Assembly: GCA_019058365.1 (NCBI GenBank)
Contig: JAHPZE010000030.1
Coordinates: 1-52,838, forward strand
Direction: 5' to 3'
Length of the DNA stretch: 52,838 nucleotides
Origin: Promethearchaeota archaeon
GTDB lineage: Archaea > Asgardarchaeota > Lokiarchaeia > Sigyniarchaeales > SOKP01
Shown here: piece after piece, positions 1 to 9,123 of the stretch
Layout of the letters: every line of letters begins with the position of its first letter
Numbering within the stretch: the stretch's first letter is position 1
Position numbers and translations under genes: made by a program
The notes under the pieces: generated by a model
Databases searched by the model: none
Told to the model about the DNA's origin: nothing
Seen by the model: only the letters and a program-made list of their open reading frames with translations

Positions 1-147
1 GCAAATAATTAGAAAAAAATAAAAAAGATTAAGAGTAAAATTTACTCAATTACTTAATTATCTTTTTTTTTTATTTTTACAGAAATCTCGAATTATCAAA
101 TTAATTTTATAAGAGTTTAATTTATTGCTGTATTTAACTAACTATAA

Positions 148-756
148 ATGAAGATAATAGACTTTTTTCGAAGTAGAATAATATTATTTCTAATTCAAAT
201 ACTACTTTTAAGTCTTTTAATTTATAGCATCGATTATAATTTTAATATTATTTTTGATACTGGTATTTTAAAAGAGCGAGAAGTGATTATACAATTCTTA
301 GCGAATTATATCTTGTTTGATACCTTATCAGGGATATATTTTATATATATAAGTTGGATTTTAGTATCATTGATTCCAATTTTCGTTTACAATAATTTCA
401 AAAAAGCATATTCGATGAATCTGATGACATTTTTCGTTCCTAATTTCTTTCTTTATGTATTTTTATGGAATTATTCTCCAAATTATTTTGATGCTAAATT
501 TCTCTTTCATTTCTTACATACCATTTTACTTGGGTTTATAATCATCAGTTTTTCAATAGGATTGTCATTATTGTTAAAAAAAATGATGAAATTAAAAATT
601 GAGGCTCAAATTGAAGATTTGCACGATATTGCTAATCAAAATAGAATAATATGTCCCAATTGTGGAATTGAATTCAATTCAATCCCACGATTCTGTTATA
701 ATTGCAATGCAGATTTAACAATAAGAACTGAGGATCAAGATGGAAAGGAAAATTAA
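148..756 (+). CDS. Multi-pass membrane protein with C-terminal zinc ribbon
   Basis: About four hydrophobic segments, then CPNCG...CYNC; overlaps the start of the next gene. Confidence 0.7.
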   Translation: MKIIDFFRSRIILFLIQILLLSLLIYSIDYNFNIIFDTGILKEREVIIQFLANYILFDTLSGIYFIYISWILVSLIPIFVYNNFKKAYSMNLMTFFVPNFFLYVFLWNYSPNYFDAKFLFHFLHTILLGFIIISFSIGLSLLLKKMMKLKIEAQIEDLHDIANQNRIICPNCGIEFNSIPRFCYNCNADLTIRTEDQDGKEN

Positions 757-2200
757 CAACTTTGCATTAGACATACTGTTTAACCCAAAGAATGCTGTGA
801 TTTATAAAATGAATCAAAAAATTTCTTTTTTTGTAGAAGGTTTTATAAGACAAGGTTTTGATTTAGAAAAGTTATTTTTAATTTCAACAGAAGAGAAAGA
901 GATTTTAGGTGTAAGATGCTATAATGCGATTGAGGACATTCCAGAAGATAAAATTGATCTATTAATTTTATCAATAAGGAGGGAATTGCTTATAGAATCA
1001 TTGAAACATATCTTATCGAAAAAGAAAGTACGATTTGTCCATATCTTTACTGCAGGGACTGGGGAATTCGATGATTTAGGAATAGATATTGAACGAAAGT
1101 TAAAAATGTTATTAGATAATTACAAATTTACTCGAGCAATAGGTCCTAATTGTATGGGATTATATAGTCCTCGCGGAAAAATAGCTTACTATTCCTCTTT
1201 TCCTATTGAAAGAGGAAATATTGGTTTAATTTTCCAATCAGGAGATTTGCATTCAAAAATGATTAAATTTAGTTCAAAAAAATATGATCTTAGATTTTCA
1301 ATAGGGATAAGTATTGGAAATTGCATTGATATTCAGATCTCAGAAATCTTAGAATATTTAAGTAACGATATTGAAACAGATGTTATTTGTGTTTATTTTG
1401 AAGGTATTTCACCACTCCATATAAATGAAGGGAAAAAGCTATTCAATGTCTTGAAAAAAATGAAAAAACCCGTATTATTTATGCGAGGAGGAAAAACACC
1501 AAGAGGACAAAAAGCAGTATTGACCCATACAGGGGCTTTAACAACTAAAAGTGATATTTGGCAAGCGATTTATAAACAAACTCCCATTATTGAAGTCCCC
1601 TCTTCCTTAGAAGAATTAATTGATTATTCGTATCTTTTTTCAAGATATATATCACGATTTCGTAAATTAAATATAGAAATATCTTTCCCTAAAAACAAAA
1701 GAGCATTGGTTATACTTTGGTCTGGTGGTTTTGGTATATTAGCTACGGATACTTTAACAGAATTGGGAATAGAATTACCCCTTTTTGAAGGGGATGCTTT
1801 AGAAAAATTAAAAAGGATATTTCCAATAAGAATTGGGAGTTTATCGAATCCTTTTGACATTCCATGGATTACTCATAAAAAAGAAGTTATTGATATTTGT
1901 AAATCTGCTATTGATAAGAATATTGAATTAGTAATAATCGAAACTGATACCTGGAGAGATATGGAAAACAACCGATTTAAAGGGTATTATAAAAATTTGC
2001 TAGAACTGAGAGAATATGTTGAATCATTAAATAAAATTTTCATTATTATTCTACACCAATATCCGAGTGTATCTCTAGAAAAATTTCACCAAAAATTAAT
2101 GAATGATAAATTTATTGTTTATTCTACTATTGAAGCTGCTGCTAAAGCATTTTTAAAGCTATTTGAATTTGGTGAAAAACTAAAAAGGCAACAGTGTTAA
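740..2200 (+). CDS. CoA-binding protein, NDP-forming acyl-CoA synthetase alpha-subunit-like
   Basis: IGPNCMG, FQSG, SIGNCIDI, YFEG, GGKT and THTGAL (phospho-His site), SGGFG, NPFD motifs. Confidence 0.8.
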   Translation: MERKINNFALDILFNPKNAVIYKMNQKISFFVEGFIRQGFDLEKLFLISTEEKEILGVRCYNAIEDIPEDKIDLLILSIRRELLIESLKHILSKKKVRFVHIFTAGTGEFDDLGIDIERKLKMLLDNYKFTRAIGPNCMGLYSPRGKIAYYSSFPIERGNIGLIFQSGDLHSKMIKFSSKKYDLRFSIGISIGNCIDIQISEILEYLSNDIETDVICVYFEGISPLHINEGKKLFNVLKKMKKPVLFMRGGKTPRGQKAVLTHTGALTTKSDIWQAIYKQTPIIEVPSSLEELIDYSYLFSRYISRFRKLNIEISFPKNKRALVILWSGGFGILATDTLTELGIELPLFEGDALEKLKRIFPIRIGSLSNPFDIPWITHKKEVIDICKSAIDKNIELVIIETDTWRDMENNRFKGYYKNLLELREYVESLNKIFIIILHQYPSVSLEKFHQKLMNDKFIVYSTIEAAAKAFLKLFEFGEKLKRQQC

Positions 2201-2277
2201 ATCTTTTAAATTAATTTTCAAATTTAAGGGAAATTATAATACATAACAATTTATGTATCCTTTAATTTTCATAAACA

Positions 2278-3255
2278 ATGCTAGGTGAATTAATTGCAAT
2301 ATTAGCCGTCCTAACGTTTGTTGGGTCAAATGCAATTTTTCGAAAAACAGAACATGAAGCTAGCCCGACTTTTATCAATTTCTTTCGAACAGGTATAGGG
2401 ACTTTAACATTCATTTTGGTTGTTTTATTTCTAAACAAATTAAATCTTATATTTTTAATACCATGGGAATTATGGTTTATTTTAATTTTGAGTTTCGTTT
2501 TTGGTCAAGTAATCGGTGATACAGCTTACTTTACTGCCCAAAAGGAACTTGGTACCACCATTGCTCTCGCTATTTCAATGACATTTCCTCTCTTTACTTT
2601 CATATTATCTCTAATCTTTCTTAATCAGCCGTTTAAAATTAATTTGTTTTTATCTCTAATTTTGATTGGAATTGGAATTACAATTATTGGAAAATCTAAA
2701 ATAAACTCTGATAATTCAAAGTTAGAAAAAGGTACGACCTTACGAATACCAATAAAAATCAAATTTCAGGAAGCTTTTAAAAAGGATTTTGTGAAGGCTT
2801 TAGGGTTTTGTTTTACTGCAGCTATTGGGTGGGCTATCGGAGCTGTTATAATTGAATATGCAACCATTCGAATAGACCAAATTATACTTATTAAAGAACT
2901 TAGTTCTACTATAGGAAACGTAATTAGATTTCCATTTGCATTGTTGATTTTAGGTTCAATGGTGTTTAGAGAAAATCATTTAAAGAATAAAAAAGATAAT
3001 TCGCTAAATCAAAAGATATCTCTTCATTCATGGATATTCCTATTAATTGCTTCTATAATAGGTACTTCAATAGGCGCATATCTATATACTGAATCCGTGC
3101 ATATAGCTGGGGCAAATATAGTGTCCTTAATTGCAAGTGCCGCCCCATTGTTTGCTCTTCCATTAACTTATTTTATTAATAAGGAAAAAATAACGAAATT
3201 GGGCGTATTAGGAGTAATTTTAACTATTTCAGGAGTAATTATGGTTCTATTCTAA
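2278..3255 (+). CDS. DMT/EamA family transporter
   Basis: About 10 TM helices in two repeats; PLFT/PLFA...FINKEKIT. Confidence 0.85.
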   Translation: MLGELIAILAVLTFVGSNAIFRKTEHEASPTFINFFRTGIGTLTFILVVLFLNKLNLIFLIPWELWFILILSFVFGQVIGDTAYFTAQKELGTTIALAISMTFPLFTFILSLIFLNQPFKINLFLSLILIGIGITIIGKSKINSDNSKLEKGTTLRIPIKIKFQEAFKKDFVKALGFCFTAAIGWAIGAVIIEYATIRIDQIILIKELSSTIGNVIRFPFALLILGSMVFRENHLKNKKDNSLNQKISLHSWIFLLIASIIGTSIGAYLYTESVHIAGANIVSLIASAAPLFALPLTYFINKEKITKLGVLGVILTISGVIMVLF

Positions 3256-3269
3256 ATATTACTTTAACC

Positions 3270-4349
3270 TTATTCATAATATTGTTCAAATAATTTTATT
3301 TCATCTGAGATATTTTTTAATTTAGCTATCTCCTCTTTTGAGGGTGGTTCTTCCTCATAGATATTATAAAGTTTTAATTTAAGATTTTTTCTTACTTCCT
3401 TTTCTAATTTATTAATCTTCTGTTTTGTAGCAAAGTATTTTATTAACTTAAATTTTAGCTTTGTAAGGCTCTTTTCCCACTCCTTGGTAAAGACTCCATC
3501 TTGAATTTCTTTTAGTATCTGTTCCATCTTATCCCTAAGAGGTAATTTTCTGAATCGTATACCTCTGCTCATAGCTCCATATTGACTTGTTTGAGAATGA
3601 AAGTCTACTTGTTTTATCAACCCTATATCTGCCATCTTCTTATATGTATAAGACATCTCATTACTCATGTACATTTCAATTAATACTGCTTCAGGAGGGT
3701 AACCCGCATCAATTAAAGTGTAAATACTTGATAATAAAACCCTTCCAAAAGCGGGTCCAAATCCTTGTTCATTAAATAAATCTAATTCAGCTTCTTGTTT
3801 GAAGGATAGCATTATTGCACCTTTTTTTAACGTACCAATTCCTTTAGCTAAAGCAAGCAAGATTTCTTTTGCGCGTCCAGAAGCATCTTGTTCAATTGCG
3901 ATGAAACTGAAAAATCCTTCATTTTTGAGAAAATTCTCTCTCACACCAACACCGATCATTCTAGGAGCAATCAGCAATACATCCACATTCTCAGGAGGTT
4001 TTAATAGATTAAAACCAATATTATATCCACTCGCAAAAACAATAACCGAATTAACTCTTAAATGGGGTTTAATGCTCTTTTCAAAAATCTCATTCATAAT
4101 CTCATCGGGGAGGAGTATAAAGACTATATCTGATTTTTTCGTAGCTTCTTCGATTGTGACAACTGAAAAATTATCATTTAAAGCAAAATTTTTGTATTTA
4201 TCCTCAATATTACCCACAATTATGTTTAAACCCGAGTCCCTTAAGTTAAGAGCTTGAGCTCTCCCTTGATTTCCATACCCTATAATACTTATAGTCTTAT
4301 TTTTGATATTTAAAAGATCTCCATTTGTTTCATGAAAAATTTTTACCAT
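3270..4349 (-). CDS. ilvC: Ketol-acid reductoisomerase (class I)
   Basis: IIGYGNQGRAQALNLRDSG, LLPDE, FASGYN, EAELDLFNEQ, SQTSQYG. Confidence 0.9.
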   Translation of the reverse strand: MVKIFHETNGDLLNIKNKTISIIGYGNQGRAQALNLRDSGLNIIVGNIEDKYKNFALNDNFSVVTIEEATKKSDIVFILLPDEIMNEIFEKSIKPHLRVNSVIVFASGYNIGFNLLKPPENVDVLLIAPRMIGVGVRENFLKNEGFFSFIAIEQDASGRAKEILLALAKGIGTLKKGAIMLSFKQEAELDLFNEQGFGPAFGRVLLSSIYTLIDAGYPPEAVLIEMYMSNEMSYTYKKMADIGLIKQVDFHSQTSQYGAMSRGIRFRKLPLRDKMEQILKEIQDGVFTKEWEKSLTKLKFKLIKYFATKQKINKLEKEVRKNLKLKLYNIYEEEPPSKEEIAKLKNISDEIKLFEQYYE

Positions 4350-4411
4350 ACCGATACTACCTCAAAAAAAAGGATTAAATCATAATCTGTAAATATATAA
4401 ATTATATCTCT

Positions 4412-5020
4412 TTAAGTAAGCTTATCATAATCTAATCTATTTTTTTCTAATATTTTAATGACAAGTTCTTTAAAGATCGATTCAATATTATAGTTTTCTT
4501 TTGAAGACGTTTTATAAAAATCAACTTCCGCATGCCTTTTCATAAACCTATCGATTACTAAACTGTCAACCCTCGCCTTTTCTTCCGCGGTTTTTACAAG
4601 ATCACTTTTAGCTCCAATAACCATCCTTGGAGTATTTGCTTGATTATACTCACCAAGTCTTTCATACCACCAGTCTAATCTTAGTAACGTTTGAATATCC
4701 ACAAGATTAAATACCATAAAAATTCCATTAGCCCCATTGATATAATATGGAAACAATTTTTTGAATTGTTCACGTCCACCAAAATCCCATATACTGATTC
4801 GAACAAAAGTATTGCCACCATTGGCAACAACAGGAATATCTTTTGTGTAGAATTCAATTCCTAGTGTTTCTTTTGTATTTACATCAAATGTGTTAAAACA
4901 CAATCTCTTAGCGATACACGTTTTACCGACTCTTTCCTGACCTAAAATGCAAATCTTGAAAATATAAATTGGCTTTTCATTGTCTTCCATCTCAGAAAGT
5001 GGTTTTATTTGATTTTTCAT
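4412..5020 (-). CDS. Rab-like small GTPase (Ras superfamily)
   Basis: G1 GQERVGKT, G2 TLGIEF, G3 WDFGG, G4 AKSD, G5 TSSK. Confidence 0.9.
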   Translation of the reverse strand: MKNQIKPLSEMEDNEKPIYIFKICILGQERVGKTCIAKRLCFNTFDVNTKETLGIEFYTKDIPVVANGGNTFVRISIWDFGGREQFKKLFPYYINGANGIFMVFNLVDIQTLLRLDWWYERLGEYNQANTPRMVIGAKSDLVKTAEEKARVDSLVIDRFMKRHAEVDFYKTSSKENYNIESIFKELVIKILEKNRLDYDKLT

Positions 5021-5131
5021 GAGTATATTTGTATATTTTCAAATTTAAAAAATCTAAATCTAATAATTAAAGATAAAAGTTGGGATTTATAAATTTTGAC
5101 GATATAAATATAAATCGGTGTTAAATAAGTT

Positions 5132-5593
5132 TTGAATGAAAAAGATTTATTTCCTGATTATGAATTAAAAACAACTCCAGATACCATCTATGACTATTTA
5201 AGAAAGCCAGATTCATTTATTTTTAAGATTCTTGAGGAAATTGGCCAACCTAGTCTTAAGAACTTAAAACTTATTTTAGAATATTTTAATAAATACAAGG
5301 TAGTAGCAGAAATAAATCCTGGTAGATATCGAAATGGCAATTTAGTATTAGGCGCCGACCCACATCAGTATTACCCCTCAGAAGAGGAGATACTGGTTTC
5401 TGAATTAGGGAAAATGATAACCGAGATTATAAGCTCTAACTCAAAAAAGGAAATTAATACTTTTAAAACAAAGGAAGGAATTCCATCTCTAAAAGTAGTA
5501 TTCACTGAAATTTTTTTCCGGCATATAGATGTAATGGGCTCTGGTCGATTTTTCTATGCTGAAAAGAAATCTGAAATAGAAATAAGATTATAA
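5132..5593 (+). CDS. Hypothetical protein
   Basis: 153-aa ORF filling the gap, protein-like composition, no motif recognised. Confidence 0.6.
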   Translation: MNEKDLFPDYELKTTPDTIYDYLRKPDSFIFKILEEIGQPSLKNLKLILEYFNKYKVVAEINPGRYRNGNLVLGADPHQYYPSEEEILVSELGKMITEIISSNSKKEINTFKTKEGIPSLKVVFTEIFFRHIDVMGSGRFFYAEKKSEIEIRL

Positions 5594-5612
5594 CTAGTAA
5601 TACTGTTCTTAA

Positions 5613-6698
5613 CTACCTTCTTATTGAATTTATATTAATCGCTACAGTTTTTAAATATATTTTCCCCTTATTACAAATTTCTACGTAAGAAGGTTGTATA
5701 TGTTGCCACGAACCATCATTGATTACTTTTACTTGTAGGTTATTAATAGTTGCCAAAGATATGTCCTTAATATGAGAATGACCATATATTAGGTGATTAA
5801 TTTTGGAAAAATCATATTTATCATCCTCTAAAAACTCTTTTATTTCATCTAAATAGTAATCAGGTTTACTCACATGTTGCCACTTTTTCATTATCCGCAT
5901 ATTTGCTTTAATTAAATTAAATTCCAAAATATTCAATTCCGAAAAAACGGCGTCCACAGATTCGATTGACTTATTTTTTAACTTAGCTAATTCTTCTTTC
6001 ATGAATTTAAATGTAATAGGCTTAATTTTTCTTCCATTCTTAATTATTTCATTCCAGAAATAATCATAAGTTTCTTTTACTTCAAACTTATTATTCGAGA
6101 TTAATGATTTCCATAATTGCCCTACAAAAAATCGATGTATCTCACTATCAAATTGATAACCATGAGCCATAAAACATCTATAATCGCTATCTAAATCAAG
6201 GCCTTCAATTTTCACTTGATCAATGGGATTTTTTTCAAGTTGCTCTCGTGTATTATACATTAAGAGCATATCCTCATTGTTCCATTTTTTTAATAACATA
6301 AATTGATAGTATAATTCGTCATTAAACAATTCCTTGAAATTAGTATTTCTAAACTTGGTTAAAAATTTCTCTTTTCGACTTTCAAATTTCTTATCATAGT
6401 CTCCTGTAACGGGAATTTCATGATTTCCTAATAAAAATACAAGGTTCATTTTCTTTTTAATCTCAAGCAAAAGTGTAAAAATTGCTTGAACTTTTTCCCT
6501 ATTCAAAAGAGTTCTAGGAAGATCAGTACATAAATCAATGAAATCCCCTAATATTATAAACGCTTGTAATTCATTTCCAAATTCTCCATTAATAATACGC
6601 TTTAAAAATTGAATAAATAAGTCTCTTTCACAATCTAATGAACCTAAATGTACATCTGAAACCACTAAAATTTTTGGTTTATTTTCACCCATTTTCAA
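5613..6698 (-). CDS. Calcineurin-like metallophosphoesterase
   Basis: SDVHLG, LGDFID, GNHE, AHG, GHSH motifs. Confidence 0.85.
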   Translation of the reverse strand: MKMGENKPKILVVSDVHLGSLDCERDLFIQFLKRIINGEFGNELQAFIILGDFIDLCTDLPRTLLNREKVQAIFTLLLEIKKKMNLVFLLGNHEIPVTGDYDKKFESRKEKFLTKFRNTNFKELFNDELYYQFMLLKKWNNEDMLLMYNTREQLEKNPIDQVKIEGLDLDSDYRCFMAHGYQFDSEIHRFFVGQLWKSLISNNKFEVKETYDYFWNEIIKNGRKIKPITFKFMKEELAKLKNKSIESVDAVFSELNILEFNLIKANMRIMKKWQHVSKPDYYLDEIKEFLEDDKYDFSKINHLIYGHSHIKDISLATINNLQVKVINDGSWQHIQPSYVEICNKGKIYLKTVAININSIRR

Positions 6699-6872
6699 TT
6701 ATTCCTTTTATACATAAATTGTCAATATCTATCTATAATAGAATACGGTAGAATTATTAAAGAGAATTGTCTAAATATAAAATAAAAAATTTATTTTAAT
6801 GGTTTTCTTGATTCAATAATAAAACAAAAAATGATTGAACTTGTGCATATAAAAAGAAAATATTAATCGAGA

Positions 6873-8147
6873 GTGAAGATAATGTCTTCTGAATTTGAGA
6901 AAAATTTGGACAAATATGCCGAAGTAATCATTAAAGTTGGGCTAAATTTACAACCTGGGCAACGTTTACTAATCGGGGCACCCATATTTTCAGTTAATTA
7001 TGCACCAATTGAATTAGCTCCATTAGTAAGATTAATTGTAGCTAAAGCTTATAAATTAGGCGCTAGATTTGTGGATGTCATGTGGGTTGACTATCAATTA
7101 CAGCTATTAAGATATAAATATGCCCCTAAGGATTCATTTGATGAATTTCCTTCATGGAGAACCAATTTAGTAGTTGATATGGGTAATTCTGGAGATGCAA
7201 TACTCGTTATATACGCAGAAAACCCTGATTTACTAATTAATGAAGATTCTGAATTAGTAAATATAACACAACAGACATTTTTCAAGCATATGGCACCTAT
7301 CATGGATTTAGTTGTACAAAACAAAACGAACTGGGCAGTCATCACTGCTCCTATAGATGGATGGATAGATAAAGTTTTTCCTGATATCTCACCAGATAAG
7401 CGGAAAGATAAATTTTGGAATACAATCTTTCATATTTGCCGTATAAAACATAAAGATCCTGTTTCTGCTTGGCAAGATCATGTAAATCAACTTGCTTCTA
7501 GATGTAATTATCTTAACCAAAAGGAATATAAATCATTGAAATTTACTGCAACTGGAACTAATTTAACAATTGGTTTACCAAAAGAGCATATATGGCATAG
7601 TGGTTTTATGACAAGTCAAAATGGTATCAATTTTGCAGCAAATATACCAACTGAAGAAGTTTTTACAATACCTCATAAAGATAAAACTGAAGGTGTTGTA
7701 AAAGGTACAAAACCAATCTACTATAGTGGAAGCTTAGTAGAGGATTATACACTCACATTTTCTGAAGGGAAGATTATAGAAGCAGTTGCTAAAAAGGGTG
7801 AAGATTTACTACATAATTTAATTGAAACAGATGAAGGTGCGGGTTATTTAGGGGAAATTGCGCTTGTTCCACATAGCTCACCTATTTCACAATCAGGATT
7901 ACTCTTCTATAATATTCTTATTGATGAAAATGCTTCAAACCATATTGCTTTAGGTCGAGGGTATAAATTTAGCTTTAAAGGAGGCGAAACTTTATCTGAT
8001 GAAGAATTTACAGCACTAGGGGGAAATACTAGCTTTATTCATATTGATTGTATGTTTGGCTCGAATGAGATGAATGTAGATGGTATATTGAAAGATGGAA
8101 CCATTGAGCCAATTATGCGTGAGGGAGAATGGGTTTTTGAGGTATAA
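6873..8147 (+). CDS. Aminopeptidase, M29 (AmpS/AmpT) family; probable true start ATG 6882
   Basis: ANIPTEEVF, LGEIALV, LIDENASNHIALG, SFIHID. Confidence 0.9.
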   Translation: MKIMSSEFEKNLDKYAEVIIKVGLNLQPGQRLLIGAPIFSVNYAPIELAPLVRLIVAKAYKLGARFVDVMWVDYQLQLLRYKYAPKDSFDEFPSWRTNLVVDMGNSGDAILVIYAENPDLLINEDSELVNITQQTFFKHMAPIMDLVVQNKTNWAVITAPIDGWIDKVFPDISPDKRKDKFWNTIFHICRIKHKDPVSAWQDHVNQLASRCNYLNQKEYKSLKFTATGTNLTIGLPKEHIWHSGFMTSQNGINFAANIPTEEVFTIPHKDKTEGVVKGTKPIYYSGSLVEDYTLTFSEGKIIEAVAKKGEDLLHNLIETDEGAGYLGEIALVPHSSPISQSGLLFYNILIDENASNHIALGRGYKFSFKGGETLSDEEFTALGGNTSFIHIDCMFGSNEMNVDGILKDGTIEPIMREGEWVFEV

Positions 8148-8499
8148 AAAGATAAGTAATAATTCAAGTTTTTTTTTGAAATATAAAATTTATAATTAAG
8201 AAAAATATTTTATATCTGATTTTAAAGCTTAAATGTATTTTTATATTAAATTTTGGTTCATTACCTTATTCCAAAATTTATCTCATACACGATTTATGAT
8301 AAATTGAATAATAGATTTGATAGTATTAATATAGATTACTAATCAGTAGTTACATGATCTAGTTATCTGAAATCAAAAATTGATCAATTCTAATTAACTG
8401 AATTCACTAGTAAAAAATTTGTTAATTTTTTCCATGAATTTTTTTTGTCGACTGAATTTGATTGATCACATTTATCGGATTCATGATGATCAACCAACA

Positions 8500-8585
8500 C
8501 ATTTAAATATAAGAAATACTAATTAAAATGTAAATACCTTTAAATAAAATTAATAGAATTTAATAAAAAATTAGTGGAGGAATAA
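8500..8585 (+). promoter_or_regulatory. Candidate TATA box (TTTAAATA) and GGAGG Shine-Dalgarno upstream of the histone gene
   Basis: catttaaatataag near 8500; gtggagg at about 8574-8580, 8 nt before the ATG. Confidence 0.5.
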
Positions 8586-8588
8586 AAA

Positions 8589-8795
8589 ATGGCTGCATTT
8601 GCATGGAGTCCACTACGGGCTCTAATGAAGAAAGCTGGAGCTGAAATCGTAAGTCGAGCCGCAGTTGATAAATTAATGGATTATTTAGAAGAATATGCAA
8701 AAACCTTAACTGGCTGTGCGCTTGATATTGCCAAACACTCCGGCAGAAAGAAAGTTACTGCTGCAGATATGAAAATCGCTATCGGTTTAATTTAA
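8589..8795 (+). CDS. Archaeal histone (HMf-like, tail-less)
   Basis: 68-aa histone fold: KKAGAEIVS...AKHSGRKKVTAADM. Confidence 0.92.
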   Translation: MAAFAWSPLRALMKKAGAEIVSRAAVDKLMDYLEEYAKTLTGCALDIAKHSGRKKVTAADMKIAIGLI

Positions 8796-8813
8796 GCCGT
8801 TAATTGCGATTTC
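8771..8813 (+). other. RNA stem-loop spanning the histone stop codon
   Basis: Outer stem AAATCGC(8773-79)/GCGATTT(8806-12); inner stem CGGTTTA(8783-89)/TAAGCCG(8793-99); compensatory changes in the repeat copy at 12571-12616. Confidence 0.7.
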
Positions 8814-8827
8814 AATATTTCAAGCAA

Positions 8828-8845
8828 TTTTTTTATTTTTTTTTT
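8828..8845 (+). terminator. Oligo-T terminator candidate after the histone gene
   Basis: tttttttattttttttt run about 30 nt after the stop. Confidence 0.55.
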
Positions 8846-8965
8846 AATTACTTTAAACCTGAATCTTTACTTTTACTATTTATATGAATGTATACTGTTA
8901 GTTTTATATATTAGTTTAACAGAATAAATTCATATGGTATTTTTTAAACAAGGTGAAAATTAAAG

Positions 8966-9082
8966 TTGTTCTTAGACAAATTTAAAGAATCTCCTAAGGA
9001 TAAACTTGTTATATTAATAACGATAATTGGTTTAGCAATAGTTTTATTGACTTAAATACTAATATTCATACCTATTGAAGCT
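8966..9082 (+). pseudogene. Truncated copy of the 185-aa membrane protein gene at 12770
   Basis: MFLDKFKESPKDKLVILITIIGLAIVLLT* ; TAA at 9053-9055 where the intact copy has TAC; homology stops at 9082. Confidence 0.9.
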
Positions 9083-9123
9083 TCAATTCTATTGATGCAA
9101 GTAATCTTGTCGTCTTTTTTGGT

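Larger units (their letters stand above)
8771..9082 (+). repeat. Direct repeat copy 1 (about 310 bp): histone 3' end, intergenic region and 5' part of a membrane-protein gene
   Basis: Aligns with 12571-12886 at an offset of 3800-3804; 13 differences in the 117-nt coding part. Confidence 0.95.

Noticed and set aside
8440-8500. ATGATGA (box C-like) upstream of the histone gene as a C/D sRNA
   Set aside because: No downstream CTGA box D at a suitable distance.
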